A stretch of 63,802 nt of DNA, the filler included, from Octopus bimaculoides (taxonomy: Eukaryota), in the NCBI RefSeq assembly GCF_001194135.2. It is 9 parts of 9 records of this genome, joined end to end, with 100 filler letters (N's around TTAATTAATTAA, not from the genome) between each part and the next. Parts side by side here need not be neighbours in the genome. Positions count along the whole stretch, not along the records: positions 1 to 14,366 come from NC_068984.1; positions 14,467 to 30,084 come from NC_068988.1; 7 more parts are not named here. One strand, 5' to 3'. Of this stretch, positions 13,477 to 24,637 are shown piece by piece. Positions within the stretch are counted from its first letter, which is position 1. Each line of letters begins with the position of its first letter. A program made the translations under genes and the position numbers. The notes below the pieces were generated by a model. It was not told where the DNA came from. It saw only the letters and a program-made list of their open reading frames with translations, and searched no databases.

Positions 13477-14353
13477 CAGGGGTTGGACAAACTAATGGAA
13501 ACACCTAGCATAATACCATCATATTTTGAGATATCTAAAAACCGCCAAAATCTTGTTTATTTTAATGTATTTTGTATTTATCATTAGTGTTGCTTAGCAT
13601 GTTTTGCAAAAATTGCTATTTCTTTTCAAATATCATCAGAAAAAGGTAATTAAAATTCATTAAAATGATAGATCCATCGGACTTTCAAAGAGGTCAAATC
13701 GTTGGTGCTCATATGGCAGGCGCTAGCATAATGAAAACAGCCGAAATGTTTGGTGTATCAAGAAATACTGTCTTAAAAGTAATGACAGCCTTTGAGAAAA
13801 GAGGGAAATAAAACTCCAGAAGAAAACCAAAACTTTTAGATCTAGTGGGTGGGGGCTATATCTTGGGAATCCGCCGGCCCACTGGTTTCCCTTCATGGCA
13901 GAATTAATAATGAAGACTATTTAAGCATTTTATCTGATCACATCCATCCTATGGTCGCGGAACTGTTTCCGGAGAGAAGCACGATCTTTCAGGATTTTAA
14001 TGCACCAAATCACAGAGCTAAAGTTGTTAATGAATGGCACGAAGAACATTCTAGTGAAGTTGAACATCTTATCTGGCCACAACAGTCCCCAGATCTCAAT
14101 ATCATTGAATATCTATGGTGCATTTTAGAAAAACAACTAAGGAGTCGATATCCTCCACCATAATCACAACGAGAACTGGAGACTGTTTTAGCTGAAGAAT
14201 GAACAAAAATAACTTTGACAACATTTCCAGCCTTGTACGAGTCCATGCCTCGTAGAATTCAAGCTGTAATTACTGCCAAAGGTGGTCCTACCCCATATTA
14301 AAATACACTTGTTTGAAATTTTAAGGTGTTTTCGTCATTTTGTCGAACCCCTG
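13477..14353 (+). mobile_element. Internally deleted Tc1-like transposon (36 aa between the second D position and E)
   Basis: ~30-bp TIRs CAGGGGTT(G/C)GACAAA..AAACACCT and TA TSDs. N-terminus DFQRGQIVGA..GVSRNTV; catalytic region FQDFNAP...WPQQSPDLNIIE. Confidence 0.9.
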
Positions 14354-14410
14354 TAAATATATATATNNNNNNNNNNNNNNNNNNNNNNNNNNNNNNNNNN
14401 NNNNNNNNNN

Positions 14411-14422
14411 TTAATTAATTAA
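14411..14422. other. Assembly spacer TTAATTAATTAA (also 30129, 44009, 51292, 54671, 57265, 58665, 62292)
   Basis: Always isolated in the middle of a ~100-bp N gap (44 N + 12 + 44 N where counted); stops in all six frames. Confidence 0.9.
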
Positions 14423-14466
14423 NNNNNNNNNNNNNNNNNNNNNNNNNNNNNNNNNNNNNNNNNNNN

Positions 14467-14873
14467 TAGGATGTGTACTGTATGTGATCGCGTTCTTATG
14501 TCAAAAGCAGGATATGTGAATCACATGAAAACACATGAGGGTAGAAATTCCAGACACCCTAAATACCAACCGCCTTCTGCGACCTGTGGCATATGTCACA
14601 AGGTTTGTAAAACAATACCCGGACTTAAGAGAAATATGCTGGTTCACAGAGGCGTTTCCTTAGAATCAGATACCAGCGAGCAAGGATCAAGAAGAGGCTT
14701 GAACGTCTGTCATATGTGCTGTAGACCTTGTCGCTCAGCAGCCGGACTTCAAAGTCACTTGAGGGCTCACCAACGAAGTGATTGTACTGCGTGATGATAT
14801 GTGTGGATTGTTGATGGGATGGCTATCGTCTGTCAAGATGGAGCGGTCGTCATGTATGTATGTATGTATGTAT
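14467..14873 (+). mobile_element. 3' end of a probable RTE-type LINE with three C2H2 zinc fingers and a (TATG)n tail
   Basis: ORF 14471-14794 has CxxC-x12-HxxxH three times (finger 2 has H>N). The last finger, CRPCRSAAGLQSHLRAH, matches the RTE C-terminal type. Short UTR, then a tandem tail; the 5' side is lost in a gap. Confidence 0.6.
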
Positions 14874-15175
14874 GCCGGTGGTGGTGCTCTTAATTTCAGC
14901 CATAATCGTGCAAGCGAAATTCCACGTGGTATAAAGTATGTTTTTAAAATCCGGTCTGAATAACGTTACGTTGGTAGGTAAAAAGTGTTTCTCTTATTTA
15001 TAATGGGAGAAATAAATCAGTTACTGATTTAGGCTGGGGGAGCCGCCTGAAATGTAGAAGGGAACGTTAAAANNNNNNNNNNNNNNNNNNNNNNNNNNNN
15101 NNNNNNNNNNNNNNNNNNNNNNNNNNNNNNNNNNNNNNNNNNNNNNNNNNNNNNNNNNNNNNNNNNNNNNNNNNN

Positions 15176-15224
<49 letters not shown>

Positions 15225-15973
15225 AATTTTTAGCAGGCGAAGATTAATTCAGTTCTCGTTATCCTGCTCAGGCGAAGCGTACAGGCGAAACGCTAGTCAC
15301 CCTGAGACACCTGCCGATGATACGGATGAGTTTTCAACATTGCGACTGATTCAGAAAAAGAGTTTGCAATACCTCTGAGTAGCTCCTGCAGTTTCTCTGC
15401 ACAGGTAAAAACATCTCCAATGTTTATTTCACATATAGTGGGAAGTTTATTGAAAATTTGATTCTAAATTTAATCAGAAACGAAGCATGCCAACAGGGCG
15501 GAATTATCTCCCGGACGATATGGTCTGTATTTCAAAAATACAAACCATAAATAATAATAATAATAATAAATAGATAAATAAATAAATAAAAGCAGTTGAA
15601 TGGGTATGAAGGAGAAGTGAATATCCAACAAAGCTAGTCAAATAATAATAATATACACATTCTACCCAAGCTGAACAGAGTTCTTTTTAAAAGTTGCATT
15701 TGAAAGGTTAGGGCTGAAAGAATAGTGTCTGACTCACACGAAAACGCAAACACGCGCGCGCGCGCACGTTAAGCATGACTGTTAAAATTATTATTATTAT
15801 AAAAGATTTATTTTTCATATTTCTTTGTTAAAGCATTCTGTTTGATTTGGAACAATGACGCTTCAGAGTAGTCGTGTTTTCAATATAACATGTTTGACAA
15901 ATGCTGTTTCCTATTAACATAAATATACATAGATGTGTGCATGTACGTATATACTTACACATAAGCATATGTG

Positions 15974-16350
15974 TATTCTTTTATTCTTTTACTTGTCTCA
16001 GTAATTTGACTGCGGCCACGCTGGAGCACCGCCTTTAGTCGAACAAATTGAACCTGGGACTTATTCTTTATAAGAATAGTACTTATTTTATCGGTCGCTT
16101 TTGCCGAACCGCTAAATTACGGGGACGTAAACACACCACCATCGATTGTCAAGCGATGTTGGGAGGACAAATACATACATACATACATACATACATACAT
16201 ACGACAAGCTTTTTTCAGTTTCCGTCTACCGGATCCACTCACAAGGCTTTGGTCTACCCGAGACTATAGCAGAAGACACTTGCCCATGGTGCCACGCAGT
16301 GGGACTGAAGTTGAGAAGCAAGCTTCTTATCACACGGTCACTCCTGTGCC
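15974..16350 (-). mobile_element. SINE family A, full length, internal (TATG)n
   Basis: Reverse-complement homology to 31452-31890. Confidence 0.85.
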
Positions 16351-16505
16351 TATATGTATGTGTGTGTGTATTATATAGATACATATATACTGGCAACTTT
16401 TTTTCCAACATCTAAACGTAAATATTCAATCTTCCTCAGGTCTTTTCACAATTATATACTGTGTTCGAAACTTACTTTCCTCTCTGTAAAAATACCTACA
16501 CATAC

Positions 16506-16650
16506 GGCGTACCTGAGCTGTTGAGAAGTTTGCATTCCAACCGTCTGGGCTTGCGTTCAGTCCCACTGAGCGGTACCCTGCACAAATGTCTTGTGTTATA
16601 GCCTTGAGCTGACCAAAGCCTTATGAGTGGATTTCACGATTTCTTGCCAA
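16506..16650 (+). mobile_element. SINE family A 5' half, diverged
   Basis: gttcagtcccactg...gaccaaagccttatgagtggattt. Confidence 0.65.
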
Positions 16651-16994
16651 CAAAGAAAGAGCCGGTTTCTAACATAGATCCAAGGCTCCTTCATTGAATT
16701 TTCAACAACATCAACGGGGTATTTTGGTATGTATGTATATGTGCAGATTTGTATGTTTTATTTTATGTATGTATTTTCATGCATATAGTTGCATGTCTAG
16801 ACATGTTCATATACACTTAAATGATAAACTTCTGGAAAATTTTACAGATTTTTACAGCTCCATTGATGGCTTGGATCTGTAGTCTTCGAATCAACTTTCT
16901 CCTTGCTGGTTGAGAAGCCTAATTTCTCAAGATTGATATTTAGTTAGTGTGTTACATATCCCAGTGGTATGTATGTATGTATGTATGTATGTGT

Positions 16995-17463
16995 GGAGGC
17001 GCAATGGCCCAGTGGTTAGGGCAGCGGACTCGCGGTCATAGGATCGCGGTTTCGATTCCCAGACCGGGCGTTGTGAGTGTTTATTGAGCGAAAACCCCTA
17101 AAACTCCACGAGGCTCCGGCAAGGGATGGTGGCGAACCCTGCTGTACTCTTTCACCACAACTTTCTCTCACTCTTTCTTTCTGTTTCTGTTGTGCCTGTA
17201 ATTCAAAGGGTCAGCCTTTTTACAGTGTGTCACGCTGAATATCCCCGAGAACTACGTTAAGGGTACACGTGTCTGTGGAGTGCTCAGCCACTTGCACGGT
17301 AATTTCACGAGCAGGCTGTTCCGTTGATCGGATCAATTGAAACCCTCGACNNNNNNNNNNAGTGCTCAGCCACTTGCACGGTAATTTCACGAGCAGGCTG
17401 TTCCGTTGATCGGATCAATTGAAACCCTCGACGTCGTAAGCGACGGAGTGCCAACAACAACAA
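16995..17463 (+). mobile_element. SINE family C (tRNA-derived head)
   Basis: A box TGGCCCAGTGG, B-like GTTTCGATTCC, tail gccaacaacaac; contains a gap-overlap duplication. Confidence 0.85.
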
Positions 17464-17490
17464 TGTATGTATGTATGTATGTATGTATGT

Positions 17491-17862
17491 GTGAAGGTGC
17501 ATGGCTCAGTGGTCAGAGCGTCGAGCTTACGATCGTGAGGTTGCGAGTTCGATTCCCGGACCGAGCTGCGTGTTGTGTTTTTGAGCAAGACACTTTATTT
17601 CACGTTGCTCCAGTTCACTCAACTGTAGAAATGAGTTGCGACGTCACTGGTGCCAAGCTGTATCGGCTTTTACCTTTCCCTTGGATAACATCGGTGGCGT
17701 GGAGAGGGGAGGCTGGTATGTTTGGACGACTGCTAGTCTGCCATAAAAACAATCTTAGGTTGTGCGTTCGCCGATGAGGTGACTTTCTGCCCAGACTTGT
17801 ACCCCGGAGGGGAACCTCTTAGGTGCACCCACGGTCATTCGTGACCGACAGGGTCGAGTTAT
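17491..17862 (+). mobile_element. SINE family D (tRNA-derived head plus TTGAGCAAGACACTTTATTTCACG core)
   Basis: A box TGGCTCAGTGG, B box GAGTTCGATTCC. Confidence 0.85.
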
Positions 17863-18059
17863 GTATGTATGTATGTATGTATGTATGTATGTTTCTCTTC
17901 TATTTTTATTTATATTCTTCCTTTGAAGAAGGATCTGGTTTCTAACAAAGCTCCATCGTTGGAATGCAGATAACGAAAACGATGTCACATTTTAAACCTC
18001 AGAAAAGTCTTGTGATGGTGTACAATTGGAGGAATTACCAGTGTTGTGTATGCGTCATT

Positions 18060-18445
18060 GTTGTCTATATTGAATATTTTCACGATACCCAGCTCTAGCT
18101 AAAGCAGCATTACAATATGTTGCATGTGATTCAAAAATTTTATTATTAGCGGATAATCTAGAGATTCTTGTAGAAATATTCTTAACTAATCCCTGTATTA
18201 TCGAGGGTCGATGGTTGGATGCTACATTAATGTACTTAATATGATCTTTTGGCTTATGAACTGGTTCAAATAATCCAGTATCAAGACAGAAGGTAGCATC
18301 AAGAAAATTCACTCTACGATAATCCTTTCCTTTAGTAATATTTAGTCCTAAATTTTTTTTAAATCTCAAGAAATTTTTCCTGCGCCTTTCTAATTGTACT
18401 TTGCTACTTCTGTCCAGATAATATAAGGCGTCATCCCTATATATA
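18060..18445 (-). mobile_element. Penelope-like element reverse transcriptase fragment
   Basis: YRDD (18430-18441), VNFLDATF, KPK..KYINVASNHRPSII..ISRLS..AALARAGY, the PLE RT/thumb pattern. Confidence 0.85.
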
Positions 18446-18447
18446 CA

Positions 18448-18592
18448 CAGGGCCGGCCCTAGGGTTGCTGGCGCACCGGGCAAGCTGACGGTCGTGAAAA
18501 TGTCCTTGTCTTTGTCACGCCCGTCTTCGCGCTCCCTGGCATATGGCGCCCCGGGCGACTGCCCGAGTTGTCAGTACCTTGACCCGGCCCTA
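18448..18592. mobile_element. Small GC-rich non-autonomous DNA transposon (hAT-like MITE)
   Basis: Termini CAGGGCCGG...CCGGCCCTA; 145 bp; only a degenerate TSD in TA-rich flanks. Confidence 0.55.
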
Positions 18593-18596
18593 TATG

Positions 18597-18636
<40 letters not shown>

Positions 18637-18654
18637 CATACATACATACATATG

Positions 18655-18803
18655 CGACAGGTCTCTTTCAGTTTCAGTGTACCAAATCTACTTTGGTTGA
18701 CTCGAGGCTATGGCAGAAAACATTTTCCCAAAGTGCCACGCAGTGGGACTGAACCCGGAACCACGTGGTTGAGAAGCGAACTTCTTACCACACAACCACG
18801 GCT
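18655..18803 (-). mobile_element. SINE family A 5' half
   Basis: gtgccacgcagtgggactgaacccggaaccacgtggttg. Confidence 0.8.
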
Positions 18804-18853
18804 GACATTACGTACATACACACGCTCGCACACGTCTAAGTATGCATGCATGC

Positions 18854-18930
18854 ATGTATGTATGTATGTATGTATGTATGTATGTATGTATGTATGTATG
18901 TATGTATGTATGTATGTATGTATGTATGTA
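18854..18930. repeat. (TATG)n microsatellite
   Basis: Direct reading. Confidence 0.95.
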
Positions 18931-19359
18931 GTGATTGATGTCAACAGTTAAATTCTGAAATAAAGTTCCTACAAAATCTGAAAGAGATCACACAAGGAGA
19001 GACAGCTTATTTATTTATTTATTTATTTATGCATTTAATCACACGCTATACAAACTTTGTCAAAATTCGAAGTTTAGCTGTAAACAATCCNNNNNNNNNN
19101 NNNNNNNNNNNNNNNNNNNNNNNNNNNNNNNNNNNNNNNNNNNNNNNNNNNNNNNNNNNNNNNNNNNNNNNNNNNNNNNNNNNNNNNNNNNNNNNNNNNN
19201 NNNNNNNNNNNNNNNNNNNNNNNNNNNNNNNNNNNNNNNNNNNNNNNNNNNNNNNNNNNNNNNNNNNNNNNNNNNNNNNNNNNNNNNNNNNNNNNATAGG
19301 ACGTTTCTATTATGGAACCACAGGTGATCTCAGGCGGGTTGGTATCAAACGCTTAAAAA

Positions 19360-19560
19360 TATTCTTTTCTACTCTAGGCACAAGGCCCGAAATTTGGGGG
19401 GAGGGGAGCAGTCGATTAGATCGACCCAGTACGCAACTGGTGCTTAATTTATCGACCCCGAAAAGATAAAAGGCAAAGTCGACCGCGGCGGAATTTGAAC
19501 TTAGAACGTAAAGACAGACGAAATACCGCTAAGCATTTCGCCCGGCGTGCTAACGTTTCT
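19360..19560 (-). mobile_element. SINE family B
   Basis: ggcaaagtcgaccgcggcggaatttgaac...gcatttcgcccggcgtgctaacg; a second SINE tail starts at 19561. Confidence 0.85.
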
Positions 19561-20217
19561 TATTTCTTTATTGCCCACAAGGGNNNNNNNNNNNNNNNNN
19601 NNNNNNNNNNNNNNNNNNNNNNNNNNNNNNNNNNNNNNNNNNNNNNNNNNNNNNNNNNNNNNNNNNNNNNNNNNNNNNNNNNNNNNNNNNNNNNNNNNNN
19701 NNNNNNNNNNNNNNNNNNNNNNNNNNNNNNNNNNNNNNNNNNNNNNNNNNNNNNNNNNNNNNNNNNNNNNNNNNNNNNNNNNNNNNNNNNNNNNNNNNNN
19801 NNNNNNNNNNNNNNNNNNNNNNNNNNNNNNNNNNNNNNNNNNNNNNNNNNNNNNNNNNNNNNNNNNNNNNNNNNNNNNNNNNNNNNNNNNNNNNNNNNNN
19901 NNNNNNNNNNNNNNNNNNNNNNNNNNNNNNNNNNNNNNNNNNNNNNNNNNNNNNNNNNNNNNNNNNNNNNNNNNNNNNNNNNNNNNNNNNNNNNNNNNNN
20001 NNNNNNNNNNNNNNNNNNNNNNNNNNNNNNNTGAAGAAGATTTTGTTGCTATTTCAAGCATGTATGAAGGATTCTTTGAATGTTGTTTGTATATGTACTG
20101 GTTGACAAAGACGAACCATAGCTAGAGCCCCTTTCTCCAGGATAAACCGTTCAAAAACATATACATGATGGTACTCCCACATTGCAATAACCTACTGGCT
20201 GGAATTAGTAAGAGAGA

Positions 20218-20255
<38 letters not shown>

Positions 20256-20305
20256 TGCGTGCGTCTGTATGTGTGTGTGTGTGAGAGTGCCTATTCATGT
20301 ATTAC

Positions 20306-20620
20306 CTGTAAGGTCTCACTCTAGGAAGTCCGTAGTAGATGAACTGTTCAGGGTCTAGTATACGATTATCGAAATATTTAAGTCTCTCTAAGGAGTGCTG
20401 AGTCAAGTGAATGTATCCACGAAACGGTAACGTACCGAAGTAGTCTTGATACGAGTATTTCGTATTGCCGAAGTGTTCGACCAATTTGTCGTTAATCGCT
20501 ACACGCCACATAGTCCACAGGTGGATGTTTTTGGTGGGGTCGAATTTATGTAATACTTTGTTTTCCCTGAATTCCACAACGGTTTTCTTGCGTGTTTTTT
20601 GCCAGTTCATGATGGCAGTC
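20306..20620 (-). CDS. Candidate protein-coding exon of an unidentified gene (MNWQKTRKKTVVEF...YYGLPRVRPY)
   Basis: Polypyrimidine acceptor tttcttttcttcttttacag|G and donor AG|GTAATA. The 315-bp exon is open in one frame throughout and is non-repetitive. ATG at 20610 lies in GCCATCATG context. No TE motif recognised. Confidence 0.65.
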
Positions 20621-21084
20621 CTGTAAAAGAAGAAAAGAAACGAATCAACTATTTTATTCTGCTTCTCAGGATGTGTAACACTCTTAAATAACCATCCTTA
20701 ATTATTGACGGAAATCGAATACAGAATCGAAATATTCTAAATAACGAAGCAAAATCAAGAGTTATGCTTAAACAACTTAACAGTGGACTGAAATCTAAAA
20801 TATATTTGAAGTCGTTAAAATTACGAAGCAACATTGAGAGTAATGAAACCAAAGATACATTCGAAGCGTTTAATATCATGAAACAATGTTATGCAAATAA
20901 ACATCCATCCATCTATCTATCCATCCATCCAACCAGCCAGCCACCCAGCCAGCCAGCTAGCCAGCCAACTGGCCAGCCAGCCAACTAGCCAGCCAGTCAA
21001 CTAGCCAGCCAGTCAACCAGCTAGCCAACCAGCCAGTCGTACGTCCGACCACCCGTTCGTCCATCCGTCCATCCATCTATCTTC

Positions 21085-21360
21085 TCCGCTTACTACTCTT
21101 GAGAGGGTCGTGGAGGTAGTGTTCTCAGGCACCTCTTCCATATTTTCCTCTCAAAGCAATCTTCATTAGACTTTCCAGCTTGATTCCAAGCGTGACCAGC
21201 AGATACTATGGATATTATCCAACAATTTTATTCTTGGTCCATCCCTAATCACACATCTGTGGTAGCGGCGATGAGTATGTCACCTGCAAATTGGAGGTGT
21301 GTTAGTAGCTCACCATAGATGTTTCAGATTGCTTATGGAATAACTTTTTCACTGGTACAA
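21085..21360 (-). mobile_element. Degraded RTE-type LINE RT/3' fragment
   Basis: IYGELLTHLQFAGDILIAA, a decayed LxHLxFADD RT motif, followed by frameshifted C-terminal remnants. Confidence 0.55.
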
Positions 21361-21394
21361 GTGGTGCAAGTACGGTAGAGAGGAGGTGAGAGAC

Positions 21395-21952
21395 GATGAG
21401 AGATGTGGGAGTGAGAAGGACGTCAGAAGATCAGAACATCAGAGCTGGTTGAAGAAATTCGCAATATTCTTGATGAAGATCGTTGTGTGTCTAAAAGAGC
21501 AATAAGCATACAGTTTAGAATTGGTGTGGCAACTGTACACATAATTATTCAATAAGATCTGAAGATGCTCAAAATTTGTGCTAAGTTTGTTCCCAGGGTG
21601 CTCGGTGGCGAGCGTCCTGGTAAGCAACTACGTAACAGAAATGAGCATCAAAACTGTCCCTCACCTCCCCTACAGTTCACCTTTTGATCCCTGCGACATT
21701 TGGTGGTTCCCCAAGCTGAAGAACCTCAACCTCAAGAGGCAGTCATTTTGAAGATGAAAATGGCAGTGACAAGGGTCCTGGACACCTTCATCTCGGGGAA
21801 CTTCCATGGAGCCTTCACGAAGTGATTGGAGCGCTAACAAGGGCACTGAAATCAGAGGGTCCTACTTCGAAGGAGATTAAAGTTTTGTACTTCTTTGAAA
21901 TTAATAAATGTTTCTCCTGAAAAAGTCTCAAAACTTCTGGAGTGCATCTTGA
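21395..21952 (+). mobile_element. Mariner transposon remnant (internally deleted)
   Basis: Decayed KFVPRVL and HLPYSSPFDPCDIWWFPKLK (WVPxxL and YSPDLAP motifs), with a TIR-like 3' end. Confidence 0.75.
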
Positions 21953-23277
21953 ATGTATGTATGTATGTATGTATGTATGTATGTATGTATGCATGTATGT
22001 ATTTATGTATCAAAAAGTTGTTAAAATAAAATATATATTCCTACTGGAAACAGAAAAACGGAGGTCATCAGTGAGAAAATGTTAATTCTAGCATTAACGA
22101 ATAGGAAATAAACTGAACTTTATTCTAAAGATCTTTATTTACAATAAAGCCAGCGCTGAAATTTATTTCATCCAGCAGCTAAGAATGAACTGAATCACAG
22201 TCGGCGCCTGGAGCTGTGAAATCTCTGAAACAGAAATGCTTTCTTTTAGATAAAAATTGTAAAAAAAATTCTGACTCCTATCAATTTCTCACCGTTTTTG
22301 CTTAGATTTTCTCACGGTCAGCTTTACAGTGATCAATTTCTGAGGACGGAAATTTCTGGGATTCTTTTGTTGTTTTGTCTTTGTTGTGTTTTTGAATTGT
22401 GTTTGTTTCTTATGTATTTTCTGTTTATTTTATCAAACTAGTCGTAAGTAGTGTGCATAACTTTTGCAGTTATTCAAAGAGGGCCAGAATAACTGGTGGT
22501 GTGAGAATGACTGGTTAAATTGTTAAGAGTTAACATTCAGCTTGAACAACTGTAGGTAAAACGTGAGCAAGAAGAAAATTATATAGGACTTCTGTTCTGG
22601 GTGGGAAAGAAGAACTGAACCAAGTATTTAGCTTCGTGTGGAGTTTTGGAGATATCGCACACCAAGAGATGATGAGATTTTCTCAGTGTTGTAAAACGAG
22701 AGCTTTATAATTTTATGATCTGAGAAAATAGATTTATTTTACTACTGTGCACAAGATTTGCTTTGTTGGTGACAATACACGTGAAGAATCAACATAACTT
22801 ACGTTGAAAGGAAATTTGCAATGAAAAAATTGCTGATTACCTAGTTCTTCAACAATAACATCGATCATCAAACAATAAACTTTTTATAAACATGTTATCG
22901 AAACATTTTACCAAAACCATCCCATGAAATCTCTCATAAAAATCCAATGAGAATGATAATAACGTTTAAATCCGTTCAAATCTGCAAGTGCGTATTAAGA
23001 ATGAACAGTTTCGTTATTGTCTGGATTTTTGCTGATCTGCGTGCACCCTATGAATCATTACCTGTTTGTCAGAAATCTCCTCGCATCAACAAATAATTTA
23101 TTAGCTTGGGCTTTTGTAAGAGCCATCAGTGCGGGGTACCTTCAACTGAGAAAGCAAACAACGAGGTCGAAACACCGCTGTCTCGAAGTCTCCTTACGCC
23201 GGTGAACCACGTGTGTTACGGACACACATCGCCTAAAAGGAGATGTTATCCAATGATGAATAGCAGCAACGATCAGA

Positions 23278-24470
23278 TACGAGAGGGCACCCAAAAGTAA
23301 TCGGAAACGTTCTCTGTGAAACAAGCCCGTTGTAGTTCAGGCTTCCACTGCTAGAAGTCACTTGACGCAACCCTCAGGCATCAGTCTCCCGCCCGGCGTT
23401 GTCGACTGTGGTCGTATTGCCATGTAGTGTGTCTTTGTTTTACAGTGCTTCTCCCCTATTCGTCGATTTTTGTCGAAACGAAGGAACAGTGTGCTTCCGA
23501 GAAATTCTGTTTACAGCTGGGCAAAACGGCGGCCGAAACAGTTATCATGCTTCAAACAGCTTACAAGGATGCTGCCACGAGCAAAACACAAGTTTATGAG
23601 TGGTCTCCACACTTTACGAATGGCTGCTTATTGCTTGAAGACGCGACTGTCGACCTCCCGAACGAATGAAGACATTAGGAAAATTCATAAACTGATCTTG
23701 AAGGACTGTCGCCGAACAATTCACAAACTTGTTGATATGATTGATGTGTCCTGGAGCTCCTCCCAACGAATTTTCAGCGAGGAATTGCGAATGGAAAAAG
23801 TTGCAACAAGATTTGTGCCTTGCTTGCTCGCGGAAGATCAAGAGAAGTTACGACTAAATTCGTGTCGTGAACTGAAAGAACATTTGGAATTTGATCCGGA
23901 AACGAAGCAGCAATCAAGTCAATGAAAGCATTCAATGTCACCACGTCAAAAGTGCCTCATGTAAAGTCCAGTGTCAAGACGATGCTGATTTGTTTTATTG
24001 ATGTGAAAGGAATTGTTCCTCCTTGTCAAACTGCTAACCAGACATTTTACTTGACAGTTCTGTAAGACACGGCGAGACAAAAACGCTCTGAACAGTGGCA
24101 AAGAGGAGAGTGGTGATTTAATCACGACAATGCGCCTTCGCACACCACCTCGAGTGTGAGACGGTTTTTGACCAGAAATAGCATGACCCTTTTTACCCAC
24201 TTTCCCTATTCACCCGATCTTGTTCACTGCAACTATTTTTTGTCCTCCGAAAGGAAAAAGTCCTTAAAAGAAAACGTTTTGCTGATGTGAAAGAGGTGCA
24301 GAGGCGTTAAAAGGCATCACTACGCAAGAGTTCTAGGACTACTTCGAACGGTGGAAAACACGTATGGACCGAGGCATTGCTTCAAAGGGAGAATACTTTG
24401 AAGGCAATAAAAGTGTAAACATGTAAAACTAAGTGAATGAGATATTATTGCAAAATTCCTATTTCTTTTC
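23278..24470 (+). mobile_element. Near full-length decayed mariner (DD34D)
   Basis: 5' TIR TACGAG..CCCAAAAGTAATCGGAA, HTH region, RFVPCLL, and HDNAP-x34-(D>N) with YSPDL. Many frameshifts. Confidence 0.9.
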
Positions 24471-24606
24471 ATATGTATGTATGTATGTATGTATATGCAT
24501 GTGTGTATGTATGTATGTGTGTATATGTATGTGTGTATGTATGTATGTATGTATGTATATGTATGTATGTATGTATGCATGTATGTATATGTATATATAT
24601 ATATAC

Positions 24607-24637
<31 letters not shown>

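Noticed and set aside
14411-14422. Recurrent TTAATTAATTAA (8 copies) as a regulatory or repeat motif
   Set aside because: It is always centred in ~100-bp N gaps and has six-frame stops, so it is an assembly spacer.
14471-14794. Stand-alone host C2H2 zinc-finger gene
   Set aside because: It has no TGEKP linkers, an RTE-like last finger and a tandem tail. A LINE origin is preferred, though not proven.
15260-15335. Hammerhead at GAAACGCTAGTC...CCGATGA
   Set aside because: Stems I and II cannot be formed consistently and U4 is substituted.
16995-17070. tRNA genes (also 17491, 36516, 57421)
   Set aside because: A and B boxes are present but there is no proper acceptor stem, and they are followed by repeat bodies, so these are SINE heads.
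17280-17431. 71-bp direct repeat inside SINE C
   Set aside because: The identical copies flank a 10-N gap, which indicates overlapping contig ends.
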